A stretch of 64,000 bases of DNA from Zancudomyces culisetae HAW-14-8 (Eukaryota; Fungi; Kickxellomycota). Location: the NCBI GenBank assembly GCA_052426225.1, contig JBNJNM010000021.1:1488001-1552000 (forward strand), in the 5' to 3' direction. Positions 23,223 through 36,000 of the stretch are shown here, in pieces. Both the position numbers and the translations under genes were made by a program. How positions within the stretch are numbered: position 1 is the stretch's first letter; each line of letters starts with the position of its first letter. The notes below the pieces were generated by a model, which worked only from the letters and a program-made list of their open reading frames with translations, was not told the origin of the DNA and ran no database searches.

Positions 23223-26200
23223 ATGATTGAGAGTTTTGCTAATGACAAAGAAGTTGAAAATGATGTATACATGGCTGAAAAAAGGAAAAGCAATGCTAAC
23301 AGTAGTTCAGTCCCAGAGAAACAAGCCACAGTGAAAAGAGTAAATCTCAACACAAATACGGACCCAAATACTAGTTGTCAGGAGCGTAGAGAAATTAGAA
23401 CTGCAACAACACGCACCAACAGAAATACATCATCCTCTAATAATTCTATTATACAAGATCTCAAATGATATCAATGTTTCTTACAATCATTATAGGCAGG
23501 AGGCTAAAAAATACTTTTGTGGGAAGATTTATCGAAAGTGAAAGCAAGCATAAGTATTCTTAATTAATCCGTATCGCACCTACAGTACAATCACAATTAG
23601 TGAAAATAAGTCAAGAATCTACAGCCTCAACTACAATTAACTCATTATTTAGTGAAAAGCTTACAAATTGTCGGACATAGTAAAGGTGCAAGGAAAAGGT
23701 TGTCTCACCATTTTAGACACTGGAGCAGCCTGCAATGTAATTTCTGAATTACTAGCAAAAAACCTAGGATACAAATCTGATAAAAACTCTAATGAAATGA
23801 TAGTTACCGCCGACGGCTCTAGACATTTCTCGCTAGGCAAAATCACCTATTTACTATATTTATATCAGGGATACAATTTAATACAGAAGCTATAATTATG
23901 AATATACCTAAAGAAATCATAATACTAAGTATTGACTGGATGAAAAAATATAAGGCAAACATGGATGTCAATAAACAACAATTATCGATTGTTACAGGAT
24001 CACATACCATTAGTGTTGACTTTTCAACTAATAAGGAAAGTTATAAAGCAATTTCAGAAATACCAAAAGAGTCGGACGTTGAAATATTTGGTATTGGTAA
24101 AGAGGTATTGACAGATATACTACCAAACCCAAATCTAAACGTTAAAATAAAAAATTTAGTTGATGAATACAAAGAAATATTTGCTGAAGAATATAAAGAA
24201 CTTACATTGACAAACGTTATAGTACACGAAATTGATACAGGAGATTCAAAGCAAATAAAAATAAGACCTTACAGATAACCTAATGTAATGAAGGAATTGG
24301 TTAGGCTGGAGTAAAAATTATGAAGGAAAAAGGAATTATAGAGTCGTGCTTCTCTGACGGGTGTGCACCAGTAGTAACGGTTTGGAAAAGAACGGATATT
24401 TAAGAATATGTTAAGATTAAGGAAGTTAAATATGGTAACGAAAAAAGATGCATATCCTTTACCGAATATAAATGATATTTTTGAAGCTCATAATGGTTCA
24501 GCTGTATTTTGTACGTTGGACGCGCTGTCCGGATTTTGGCAGGTTAAACTAAAGGAATCTGACAAACATAAAACGGCGTTTACTATACCTGGCGAAGGAT
24601 TATTCTGTTACAATGTAATGCCTTTTGGACTTTCAACAGTCCACCAACCTTTCAACGATTAATGGAACGTGTCTTGGGTTCAGTCTTATGGAGAACAGTA
24701 GTGGTATTTGTAGATGATATAGTGGTCTTTTCAAAAGATCTAGATCAACATGTGAAGGACTTGCAGGAAGTGTTTGAACTACTACGTATAAACAAAATCA
24801 AGCTTAACTCTACAAAGTGTTGTTTTGGGCAATCAAGGTTAAATTATTTAGGTCATATTATATCTAACAAGGGTATTGAAACAGATCAGTTAAAAATACA
24901 AGCTATTGAAAAGATTCCAGTATCTAAAAGCGTTAATGAGCTACAAAGTTTCCTGGGAACTACTAATTATTATTGAAAGTTTATATGTAATTACGCTATG
25001 ACAGCACAGCCATTAAATAATTTATTGAAGAAAAATACTAAATGGCTGTGGAAAGCGACCATCAAAATGCTTTAGAATTATTGAATAAAATGTTAACTAT
25101 TTCACCTGTTTTAGCGCACCCAAAATGGGATATACCCTTCATCGTTACAACCGATGCCTCTATTCAAGGAGTAGGTGGAATTTTGAGCCAAATACATGAG
25201 GGAAGAGAACATCCCATCGCCTACGTTAGTTATGCTTTAAGAAAACCAGAAAAGAACTATTCTATTACACATTTAGAAGGGTTAGCCATAATATATTCAG
25301 TTAATCAATTTCGTAATTACCTTTGGGGAAGAAGCTTTAAAATAGTAACCGACCATTGTGCATTAGTTAGACTGTTTGATTCTAAAGAAGCCTCGGGGAG
25401 ATTGGCACGTTGGGCAATCATCTTGCGTGAGTACGAATACACACTTGAACACCGTAAAGGAAAGTTCAATCCTGCCGACCTTATTTCAAGGGCTTTACCA
25501 GTTACGACAAATCTAGAAAGTGATGTTATTGAACCCACTAATAGTTTATCTGATATAAAATATAAGGATGTTAAAAATACGGAGCAATTCACAAATTTTA
25601 TACCATTAAGAAATCTAGGAAATAATTATTTTGTAGAACAAGAAGATGACGAAAATTCTAAAGCCTTATTCTACATGGATATTTTAAATTATACCGCCAT
25701 AAAGAATTATTTAACTAACAAGTCATATACTAATAATAGCAACGAAAATTTAAGAGTCGAATTACGAAAGAAATCATTGAAATTCGAATTAATCGACAAC
25801 AAATTATACAAATACTCAAAAAATTTGGAATTAGGGAGGTCCTCCATGAATTAAATTGCAAAGAAAATAATAGAGAATTGCATAATGTAAATCATCTGGG
25901 AATACATAATACATTTGATTTAGTCAAGAAAAAATTCTGTTCGCCAAAACTCTTCGAAATAACAAAACATGTGGTTAATTTTTGTGACGTCTGCCAACGT
26001 TATAAACCATCGCAAATAAGAAAAAACAAAGCAAATCCAATAATTTCAGTAAAGCCGTTTGAAATCCTAGGTTTAGATATAATTGGACCAATTAACCCTA
26101 TATCTACTGATGGTAATCACTACATAATCTCTGCAATATATTATTTAACTAAAGGCCAAACTGTAGAGCCGTCCCTAGCATTTAATCAGAAACAATTATT

Positions 26201-26741
26201 AATATTTTGGTTTATGATGTCATTACTAACTAAGGAATTCCGAAAAAACTTATAACCGATAGGGGTTCGAATTTTCTAAGTGAAGCAACTATACAGTTTT
26301 TCAAGTTAATGGGAATTGAGCATAAACCTACTACTGCATACAGACCACAATCAAATGGTCAAGTAGAAAGGCAAAATCAGTTTATAAAAAATATTCTATC
26401 AAAAACTTGCAAACATGACAAAGTAAATTATGATAGGTATTTATGGAAAGTTTTGTTAGTCATAAGAACAACCAAAAACAGGATAACAAAAAAGTCACCA
26501 GCGGAGTTGTTATATGGATTACAGATTACTACTCCTGAATCATGGAACTTTACCGAAACCAATATGAATATTGAGGAGTCTATTAAAGAGCGATTATAGT
26601 TTATAAATGAAAATTTTAAAGAATTGAGAGATCTAGTAGTATAAAATCAAAACTAACAAAAAGTATGAAAAAGATAGGTACGATCAAGGAGTACAAACAG
26701 AACAATTTAGGGTAGGACAAAGTGTTCTAAAACACAACGAC
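23223..26741 (+). pseudogene. Degenerate chromodomain-less Gypsy internal region E (PR-RT-RH-IN)
   Basis: LDTGAA, MPFGL, FVDD, TDAS, YRPQSNGQVER spread over many short ORFs. Confidence 0.85.
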
Positions 26742-27150
26742 TGTCAAGATCTGGAGTCTATAGAGTTATATTAATTATTATTAATGTTTATTGTATGAAT
26801 GTATACAAAATACTAGATACTGAATTCAAGACAGGAAAATTGTACCCCTTTTATACTTTTTTCCAGCCTTGGTTTTTGAACAAAATCACTATGAAAACTG
26901 CGGAATAGCTAAAAATGCAAGCTAACTAAAAACGTGTTTGATTACTAATACAATTTGATTAGTTTCAAACAAATATCAAATTCGAATGCTAATAAAATTA
27001 AACATATGTAAATTATTACGTAAGAAAAATTAATAAATATTGTGAATTTTCGGTAAAGTTCTAGAATGTTGGGGAACATATTAAACATTACTGCGAAAAA
27101 AAATCAGAAGATTCTAGAACGTTTTCGAACATTCTAGAATCAGTTCATTA
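26742..27150 (+). repeat. LTR-like repeat with an inverted copy at ~28930-29339
   Basis: Starts tgtcaagatctgg; ~400 bp reverse-complement match ending ttgaca at 29339. Confidence 0.7.
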
Positions 27151-27152
27151 CA

Positions 27153-28311
27153 GTTATGCAAAACGGTAGATTTAAAACCGACACAAATAAATCAACTAAA
27201 TATTGGGCCGGAGATCACTAATGGAATTACCAATTGCCGTATGCTTATAACAGTAAAAGTCGAAGACTATTGGTCAATAGTTGATACAGGAGCAGCGTGC
27301 TCTGTAATCACAGACAAGCTGGCTGAAGAACTTTGAATGATAACAGATCCAAAAATTAATAGTGGCGTAATTATAACTGCTGACGGGGGAAGACACCTGT
27401 CAGAATCGCATTATTTACTCATAAGTTATTATTATTTATTTTTAATCATATTTAATTACCTTTGAATCCTAACTTGGGAACATTAAGTTTCCCAACTTAA
27501 ATAAATTAGTTTCCTGACAACACCATTCTAAAGGTGTAGTAGTAGATACCCCTATATCTATAGCAAAATATGCCTTTCCAATTGATTACTTGTTATGAAC
27601 CATTCTAAAAGAACACTAATACTTGGAATGGACTGGCTATCCAAGTACAAAGTGAGTCTAGACATGGAAAAAATGGAATTAATGCTCCATTTAGTTAATG
27701 CCTAACCTGATTAACAAACTGTATGCAGAACCATTGAATAAAGCGCAGTCATCACCTATCGAAATATATGGAATTGGAAAAATACAAGACGACAAAGAGG
27801 ACCACAAAATACCTAAAACTGACGCTTACATTTGTGATATAAAAGAAGAATTTAGTGAATGTTTCACTGATAGTGTAAAGGAACTTACGCAAACCAACGC
27901 TATTTGTCACAGAATTGATACAACAGGAGCTACACCTATACATCAGTAGCCTTATCGTATACCCCAGAAAATGAAAGACCTCGTAACTCAAGAAGTATCT
28001 GAAATGGAGAAAAATGGGATATTCGAAAAGTGTTATTCAGAATGGTGTTCACCCATTGTAGTTGTTACTAAGAAAAATGGAAATTGAGAATTAGCGCAGA
28101 CTATCGAAAATTTAATGCGATAACCATCAAAGATAAATACCCACTACCCCAGATAGAGGAAATATTCGATGCCCTATCCGGTGCAAGAGATTTAGCACCC
28201 TGGACGCTCTATCCGGATTCTGGCAAGTGCCAGTACATCCAAGAGATAGAAACAAAACTGCTTTCGCTATACCCGGGGGAGGTATATACCGTTATAAGGT
28301 GATGCCGTTTG
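27153..28311 (+). pseudogene. Gypsy PR-RT fragment
   Basis: VDTGAA at ~27280, DYRKFN, YPLP, MPF. Confidence 0.8.
27398..27519. repeat. 122-bp solo LTR
   Basis: tgtcag...ctgaca with 5-bp TSD ACACC, interrupting a protease frame. Confidence 0.8.
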
Positions 28312-28926
28312 TGTTAGATACCAATATTATACACAATAATAATGGTATTAACAAACTATCACACATTTAGTTTTTGAAAGCTATTAAGTATATGTTTATG
28401 TAAACACAGAGTAATTATAAAATATAACTATATATCATAAAGTAATTAACGAGATTGTTAAACTTAGTTGTTAATCAAAGGGAAATGATAACCATTAAAT
28501 ACAATTAAGTTAGTAATTAATATTAATATAATACTTAAACTATAAATATAACTAATTTAATAAACAAATACCTAATATCATTAATATACACAATTTAATG
28601 ATGTGTCATGGCCAATCAGGTGACATCTAACCTCCCATACATTATTCTATTATTTACTTAGTATTTAATTAATAACATTTGCCTAGCTGTAATTCCTTAA
28701 GAGTTACAACCTGTTTAACTAATAAATTTCGCTCTGTAACATGATGATACATGCAATATTATTTATGTGGATCAATATTAATGTTTTTAACGAATAATTT
28801 AATAATACTTAAATAAAATAAACCTACAATTTAATATATTAATGAAACACATTAATATCATTAATATTAATTAATTAATTTGTATTTAATATACAATATT
28901 GCTATGATAAATGTGTATTCATAACA
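28312..28926 (-). repeat. LTR of the element C family with a nested mini solo LTR
   Basis: tgttagatacc...gtattcataaca termini; nested 28604-28741 (tgtca...taaca) with TSD TGATG. Confidence 0.8.
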
Positions 28927-28929
28927 CTA

Positions 28930-29339
28930 CTTTCATGAACTGATATAGATGTTCGAAAACGTACTAGAATAATCTGATTTTTTTTCTCAGTAATGTTTAA
29001 TATGTTCCCCAACATTCTAGAACTTTACCGAAAATTCACAATATTTATTAATTTTTCTTACGTAATAATTTACACATGTTTAATTTTATTAGCATTCGAA
29101 TTTGATATTTGTTTGAAACTAATCAAATTGTATTAGTAATCAAATACGTTTTTATTAGCTTGCGTTTTTAGCTTTTTCTCAGTTTTCATAGTGATTATTT
29201 TCAATAACCAAGACATAGAAAAAAGTATAAAAAGGGTACAATTTTCCTGTCTTGGATTCAGTATCTAGTATCTTGTATACATTCATACTATAAACATTAA
29301 TAATATATAATATAAAACTCCAGTCTCCAGATGTTGACA
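28930..29339 (-). repeat. Inverted copy of the 26742 LTR-like repeat
   Basis: Reverse-complement identity to 26742-27150. Confidence 0.7.
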
Positions 29340-29490
29340 GGTTAAACCAAATAATTAAATATAAATTCATATACCATAATTAATAATGTATGGAGTAAGA
29401 ATTAAAGCGGAGAAAATGTTAATATTTTAACATTTGCTATTTTTAATACCATATTAGAAATATCAAAAATGTCTTAAATGGATCATGACA
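29340..29490 (-). repeat. Truncated LTR of the 63014 family
   Basis: Reverse complement matches the first ~150 bp of 63014-63407. Confidence 0.6.
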
Positions 29491-29795
29491 GTCTACAGCT
29501 AGTTAATGAATATTAAGTTTTATAACATATTAGAAACTATTAAAATCTCACATAAAGAGTGTCAGGCTTCATGAGTAAATTCAGATCCAGATGGATCCAG
29601 TCAGAAAGGGAAGAGGGCAGATACTCATCTGATAGTGACCGTTCGGGAGCCACTTCTATGGAAGTGGATCCCAAAGAATCACGTGATCCATATGCTGTTA
29701 TTGTGGATCATGTTTTTTTATAATTGAAAAACCCGACAAAAGATGAGGCTGCACCCAACCTCACCCGACACCATCGTATTATCTTACGACAGTTT

Positions 29796-32700
29796 TGTTG
29801 TGTAGTGAATATGCTTAAGCTCCTCTTGGTAACTTTCGCTACCAAATACTACACGGGACGGGTCAATTTCAATATTATATAAATTTTAAATACTTATATT
29901 TATCTGTGGAAAAGGACAATTTATTCATTAATACACAATAAAATTATTTATACTAAATTTATAAAATACATTTATTAAACTAACCAATAAAATTGGTTAA
30001 CTCATATTTATAGTTTCTTTAGGACAAATAATGTCGTATGATTTTGTAATTTTATATATAATTTATTATATCTTACGACGAACCTGAGTATATAAAAAAT
30101 TTTGCCTCGGAACACTTTTATAGTCTTTAGTATAATTTGATTGATTTAGAATAGATAAACGCTATGATTATGAGTGAATTTCGAACAAGAATATCTAGAA
30201 TCTGGACTGTGTTGGTTTAATTAATTATTTAGTTTTATTGTTTTAAAATATAGGTATAACCTGTACTACAATATTCATTGCGACAATTGATGTCAGATGA
30301 TAATAGATAAAATGTAGAAACTAGAAGACCATATATAATTGTTTGGCTATCGAAAGTGCTCATCCAAACACTTTTTAATATATAATATATATCCTCTAGT
30401 GTATTAGGCATATTAGGATTAGTAAGCATTTTATATTATTTTGCTTACTAATCAACAAACTAAAAATTATTGACTAACTAACTAGATTTTACATAATTTT
30501 TATACATATGTAACAATAAGTTTATAGTATTAAAAAATGTTATAAATTATAATTTATTTATTGATTAATGACACCTAGTATGATGTTTCGTCGTATTTAA
30601 AAGGTTTTTACTAAAATATTTTATACTTATATAAAAGTATTATTATTAATCGTAGTAATAAATATAAATCTAATCAACGTTGAACCACTAATTGTAGCAA
30701 AATCCAAAATAATAAAAAGGCCACTTTAGGACAAAGGTTCAACGTTGATCCTTTCTTATCGTGTGTGTAAGTATTATAAACATACATGACATTGTTGTAT
30801 GCAAAATATTACGTTTGCATACTATTTGTTAATTTTATAGTTAGTATTTATATTAGATTTTCTATTAAAATTTTGTATTAAATAATATTATTTTAATCGA
30901 CATAAAATGTCAATTTTTGTCCCATATAAATGTTCCAATTCCATTTATATATATAACTAGAAAATAAGTAACTAGTTAAAATGGTTAAACCAAGTCTAGT
31001 GATACCACCCATCTAGTAGAACCAGTTAGAATTCATAACTTATTGATCCAACTACAAATGTCGTATAATATGTTATACTTTATAAAAATAGTGTATGGAT
31101 ATTGAAGAAATACAATGAAAAAAACGTAATCAAAATTATTTTAGAAATTGGACTCTATTTTCTTTCACAATATTTGATTGGTTTTTTTAGTGAGAAGTTT
31201 CGATAGTAAGTTTTGGTTCTTATCTTATCTTTTTAAAAAATAAACACAAATACTAAGAGTTTGCAGTATTTAGCCATTGTAGATATTTTTAAGATCATTA
31301 TAACGGATTAAGTGAGACCATTAATCGAAGCCACAAGTAGATTCTACGCCACTTATATCCATAAAAACCGACATAACTATTAAATAAACGGATATTCTAT
31401 AAAACATACAAATTCCTTATAGTGTCGAATGAGTAAAACTATTAAACTACTGTTAATGCATGGATAGACATTTATATATTTTAATAGTTTGAATTAAAAC
31501 TGGACATAATTTAAAAAATTAAGAAAATGAAAATTAATGGACTCAGCATGAAATTAATTCTTCATACTGCGTCCATTCAATAATGTTGAATGTAGTATGG
31601 GAAATGTTCAAATACATGTTCATACTACATCAATATTATCAAACCTAAATATTATTTTATTAGTTATACCTTATCATGTTATAGTCTATTTGGAGAACAA
31701 AATGATTTTATAGTTTATATTTAAAGGATACATGGTGGAAAAGAAACCATAATCCATGTCCTACCATACATATTAGTAATAAAAAATTATCTAAAAAAAG
31801 ATTTTTAAACAGCAGAAAAAATAAAAGTAAAAATAATGATCAATATCTTTTTGGTACAGGTGCGAATAAATCTAGGAGAGATTCTTCCACCTCATCAAAC
31901 AGCACTAGGGGAAGTAGCATGGACCAAGAGACAGGGGTGTTAAGTCCCCGAACACTTGGGGAGTTGACGGAAAGTGTTCGTCAACTTCGAATCCGTAGAA
32001 GCCCGGAGTCAATGTCCGTGAGTACTATCTCATCGACATTGTATATTGATAATAGCTCAACTGAGCCTCCCTTGATGCACATCACGCTACGGGGTAGCAG
32101 TGCATCGATATCCAGTGATTATACCCGAACCGGTATGTCACGTGAAGAGACTAGTATTCAGAACTCTCAGGGTTTTGAATAATACGACACAAAATTGTCG
32201 TGTGAATATTATAGTTTTATTACATAACATTTCAATAATTATTTACGTTTATCAGTATTTTTATTCATCTAAAACTTTAGAAAAAATATGATAAGGAAAA
32301 CAAACAAAAAAATCATAAAATAGATAACAAATAAAAAGGAATAGGTATATATAGTAGTTTTAATTTTACACACTAGATTAATCATCAAGTTTTTGGATAG
32401 TATCAACTGTTAGTAAATAAAGTATCTATTTATGCCTATGAAATAAGAACATATACAGTATTTTTTTATAGTTTAATACCAATAATAATTACTGGAAAGT
32501 TAGGTTAGTATAGTTTATTTTCTATATAAATTTTACAAGTAATGTTATATAGTGGAATTATATACCTGTATTTCCTTGTATTTTATTGATTAATTTAAAT
32601 AGTATTATTTTATGCATTAAATAGTCTAGTTTTGAATTAATTATTAAATTGTTTTTTTTTCCCACATAATTATAGTCCTAATATATAATAATAAAAGTCC

Positions 32701-33090
32701 CGTCCTGTATAATACTGGGTTATTATATTACTCAGTAGGACGTTAAACATGTAATTATACAACAGTATGTCGTATAGAAATACGATTAGAAGGATAAGGG
32801 GAATTAGTCCCCGGTTTTATTTGAGTTGTTTTTAGTTATATTTATATGTTTAGATTGGACCTTTTTCCCCTTGTGGTTTTGTCCAAAGGTTTTTTATTAG
32901 TTAGTTATTTTAGTTTAATTAGTCAAATATTTGGGGGTTAAATGAAGCTCCCACTTGGAAGAAAAAATAAAATCATCTTTTTTCACAATTAGAAAAACAG
33001 TCTATTCTAGTAAAAGTTTATTATTATTATTATAAAATATACGATACAGTAAACCAAATTAAAATATATAACTATACTTTTTATTCAACA
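29796..33090. repeat. Stack of eight end-to-end solo LTRs upstream of tRNA-Arg: 29796-30026, 30032-30285, 30291-30791, 30793-31056, 31059-32189, 32196-32537, 32543-32764, 32768-33090
   Basis: Each unit is TG...CA; spacers are 1-6 bp; several are homologous to LTRs at 41680, 41939, 53777, 54004, 55126, 55357; TSD CAAA around 31059-32189. Confidence 0.75.
31919..32182 (+). CDS. LTR-encoded Ser-rich small protein (homology extends upstream to ~31838)
   Basis: Homologous to 55316-55705 with mostly synonymous changes; stop lies 7 bp before the LTR end. Confidence 0.75.
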   Translation: MDQETGVLSPRTLGELTESVRQLRIRRSPESMSVSTISSTLYIDNSSTEPPLMHITLRGSSASISSDYTRTGMSREETSIQNSQGFE

Positions 33091-33096
33091 ATTAAG

Positions 33097-36000
33097 TGTA
33101 GTATTTTTATTATTTGTATACTAGTGAATATTTATTTATTAAGTTTTATTATATATATAAAGTAATAAGATATTTTAATAATAGTTCGATGCCTCTTTCA
33201 AAAAGTGAAGAAAAGTTGGGGTTTATATAGTTTTTCTGTATGTCAACATTGTTTTGAAATCACTAACATGTTCTTCTGTTGTTCAAACATGTTTTATTAA
33301 TTGATGCGTTTTTTATCTTTTCTACCCCTACATTTCTTATCATGTTAACAGTTCACTCAAAACAGCATCGTTACCCCGTGTTAACACACGTGGTTTGGTG
33401 TAATTTATCCGCATGATAAATTACACTGATTTATTTTGAAACATATAAATGCGTTAATAAAATTAAATGATATTAATACTAATAATTAAACAAATGTATG
33501 GGGAAAAACCCAGTGGGAAAAAGTGCCCATACATATACTATAAAAACTAATACGACAGACCCCCTCCTAAACTTCGATCGTCCCGATTCGAATAAGGATG
33601 GTCTTTATATCTTCTTAATACTGGCTTTAATGTACTTGGTGCCACATCTGGAATCATATTTTCGGATTCTCTGTATTTCTTTAGTCTGTCACCATTCACT
33701 TGATCCAGGTTATTATCCTCATCTCTAATAATGTAAGTACCTTTGTCTAGTACTCTAACTATAGTATATGGACCTTCCCATATTGCTGAAAACTTTGAAG
33801 TGGGCATTTCCACTTTCTTAAGTACTTTATCTAGTAACTTGAACTTGAAAACTGTTACTTTCTTATTGTATCTTTGGACTTCATATTCCTTGTTTTTGAT
33901 TATCTTTTGTGATGCTAGGTCTCTTAATACTGGGAGGTTGACTTCTACAAACTTAAGCCTTTCCTTAAATGCTTCTGTTTCATTTTCATTAGTAACTTCA
34001 GAAGTCCACGTAACTGGGGTTCTTATATTGCTCCCGTAAAGCATTTTGGACGGGGATACACCTAAAATTCGGTGTTTCATTGTGCGAGCAATCAACATTG
34101 CTCTCCATAGATATCTGTCCCAATTCTCTTTATCTTTCCAGCACAACTTAGATAGGACATTTTTTAACGTTTGGTTAAATCTTTCAACTTGGCCGTTGGA
34201 CTGTGGGCGATAGGACGTAGTAGGATGATGTTCTATACCTACAAACTTATAGAACTCATCTGCAATTTCACTTATGAACCCGGACCCTCTATCAGATATC
34301 AACTTCCTAGGGACACCGTGATTCATAATAACATCATAGACTAAGAAGTGGACTATTGTTTCAGTTTGGATATTTTCTACTGCCTTTGAAATTGGCCATT
34401 TAGTATAGTAATCCATGGCTGTTATGATGTAACGGTTTCCATCCCTCGAAACTGGGGAAATGGGACCGATTGCATCTATACCTAAAATTTCGAATGGCTC
34501 TGAGGCTGTAATTGGAACCATTTCGTTTCTTCTCTTAGGTCCTCCTTTAAATCTTTGGCATACCTCGCAAAAGTTAACTACTTTTTTTACTATCTCAAAC
34601 GTATTTGGACCGGTGAACATTAACTTGACCTTCTCCCATGTATTGGAGATACCAGTATGGTCATGATTATGCAAATCCTTGATCTTCAGATAAGCATTTT
34701 CTTCAGATAATACTTCTCTTAGCCCAAACTTTTTGCTATGTGCAAATAGTACTCCGTCTTTTAAAATGTACCTTGTGGCGTGTAAACGAATTTTTCTTTT
34801 TGCTTCTTCATCGGCTAAATTTGGATATGTGCGATCATTCAAGTATTGTTTTAGGGCATTATGTTTGTTAATTTCCATGCTGAATAATGTTATGCATTCT
34901 TCTTCAACCTCTTCCTGCTTGAATTCTTGTTTATCATTAGGTGTTGCCCTGGACAGATAGTCAGCAGGATTTAACGTGCCCTTTCTGTGACTTATTTCAA
35001 AATCATATTCTTTCAAAATGAGAGCCCATCTAGCTAGTCTCCCTGTAGCTTGCTTTGAGTGAAATAAATTAATCAAGGCTGAATGATCTGTGACTATTTT
35101 AAATCTTTTTCCCCAGACGTAATTCCTGAAGTGATTAACAGCCCAGATAACTCCAAGTCCTTCTAGATGTGTTGCAGAGTAGTTTCTTTCTGGTTTAGTA
35201 AGTGACCTACTTGCGTACGCTATTGGATGCTCTTTGCCGCTTTCTGTTTGGCTAAGAATGGCACCTAGTCCATTTGCAGAGGCATCAGTTGTTATCGTGA
35301 AGGTCTTGTCCCATGATGGGTGTCTCAGAATAGGGGCTTCTTTCAGTAGTGTCTTGAGTTTGTCTACTGCTTGTGTACATTCTTCACTCCAATGCCAAGT
35401 TACATCTTTTCTCAATAGTTGCGTTAAAGATCTAGTAATTGATGCATAATTCTTGACAAACTTTCTGTAATATCCTGTCATACCCAGAAAACTTTGTACT
35501 TCCTTAACTGTAGTAGGATAGGAGAGTTTTGCTACTGCCTCAGTTTTTTTTGGATTTGTTTCTATCCCTTCACCACTTATGATGTGGCCTAAATACTCAA
35601 TGCGTTTCTGGGCGAAAACGCATTTAGCATAATTAAGCTTTATTCTTGCCTTTCTCAATAATTCAAAAACATTATCGAGGTCTTTTAAATGTATATCTAA
35701 ATTTTCTGAAAAAACAACTATATCGTCAATAAAAACAACAACAGATTTCCATAAAACTGAGTCCAATACTTTTTCCATTAGCCTTTGGAATGTTGCGGGG
35801 CTATTAGAAAGGCCAAACGGCATTACGTTATAGCAATAAAGACCTTCGCCTGGAAAAGAGAACGCTGTTTTTAACTTGTCCTTCTCACTGATTCGAACTT
35901 GCCAGAATCCTGACATTGCATCTAGTACGCTATAAACTGATGCACCTGCCAGAGCCTCAAATATATCCTCTATTACCGGAAGGGGATAGTGATCTTTGCG

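Noticed and set aside
29560-29791. 5S rRNA or other structured ncRNA in the GC-rich island
   Set aside because: No recognisable 5S, snRNA or tRNA motifs; fits an LTR-terminal coding relic better.
29796-33090. CRISPR-like repeat-spacer array
   Set aside because: Units are 220-1130-bp LTRs with TSD spacers in a eukaryotic context; no cas genes.
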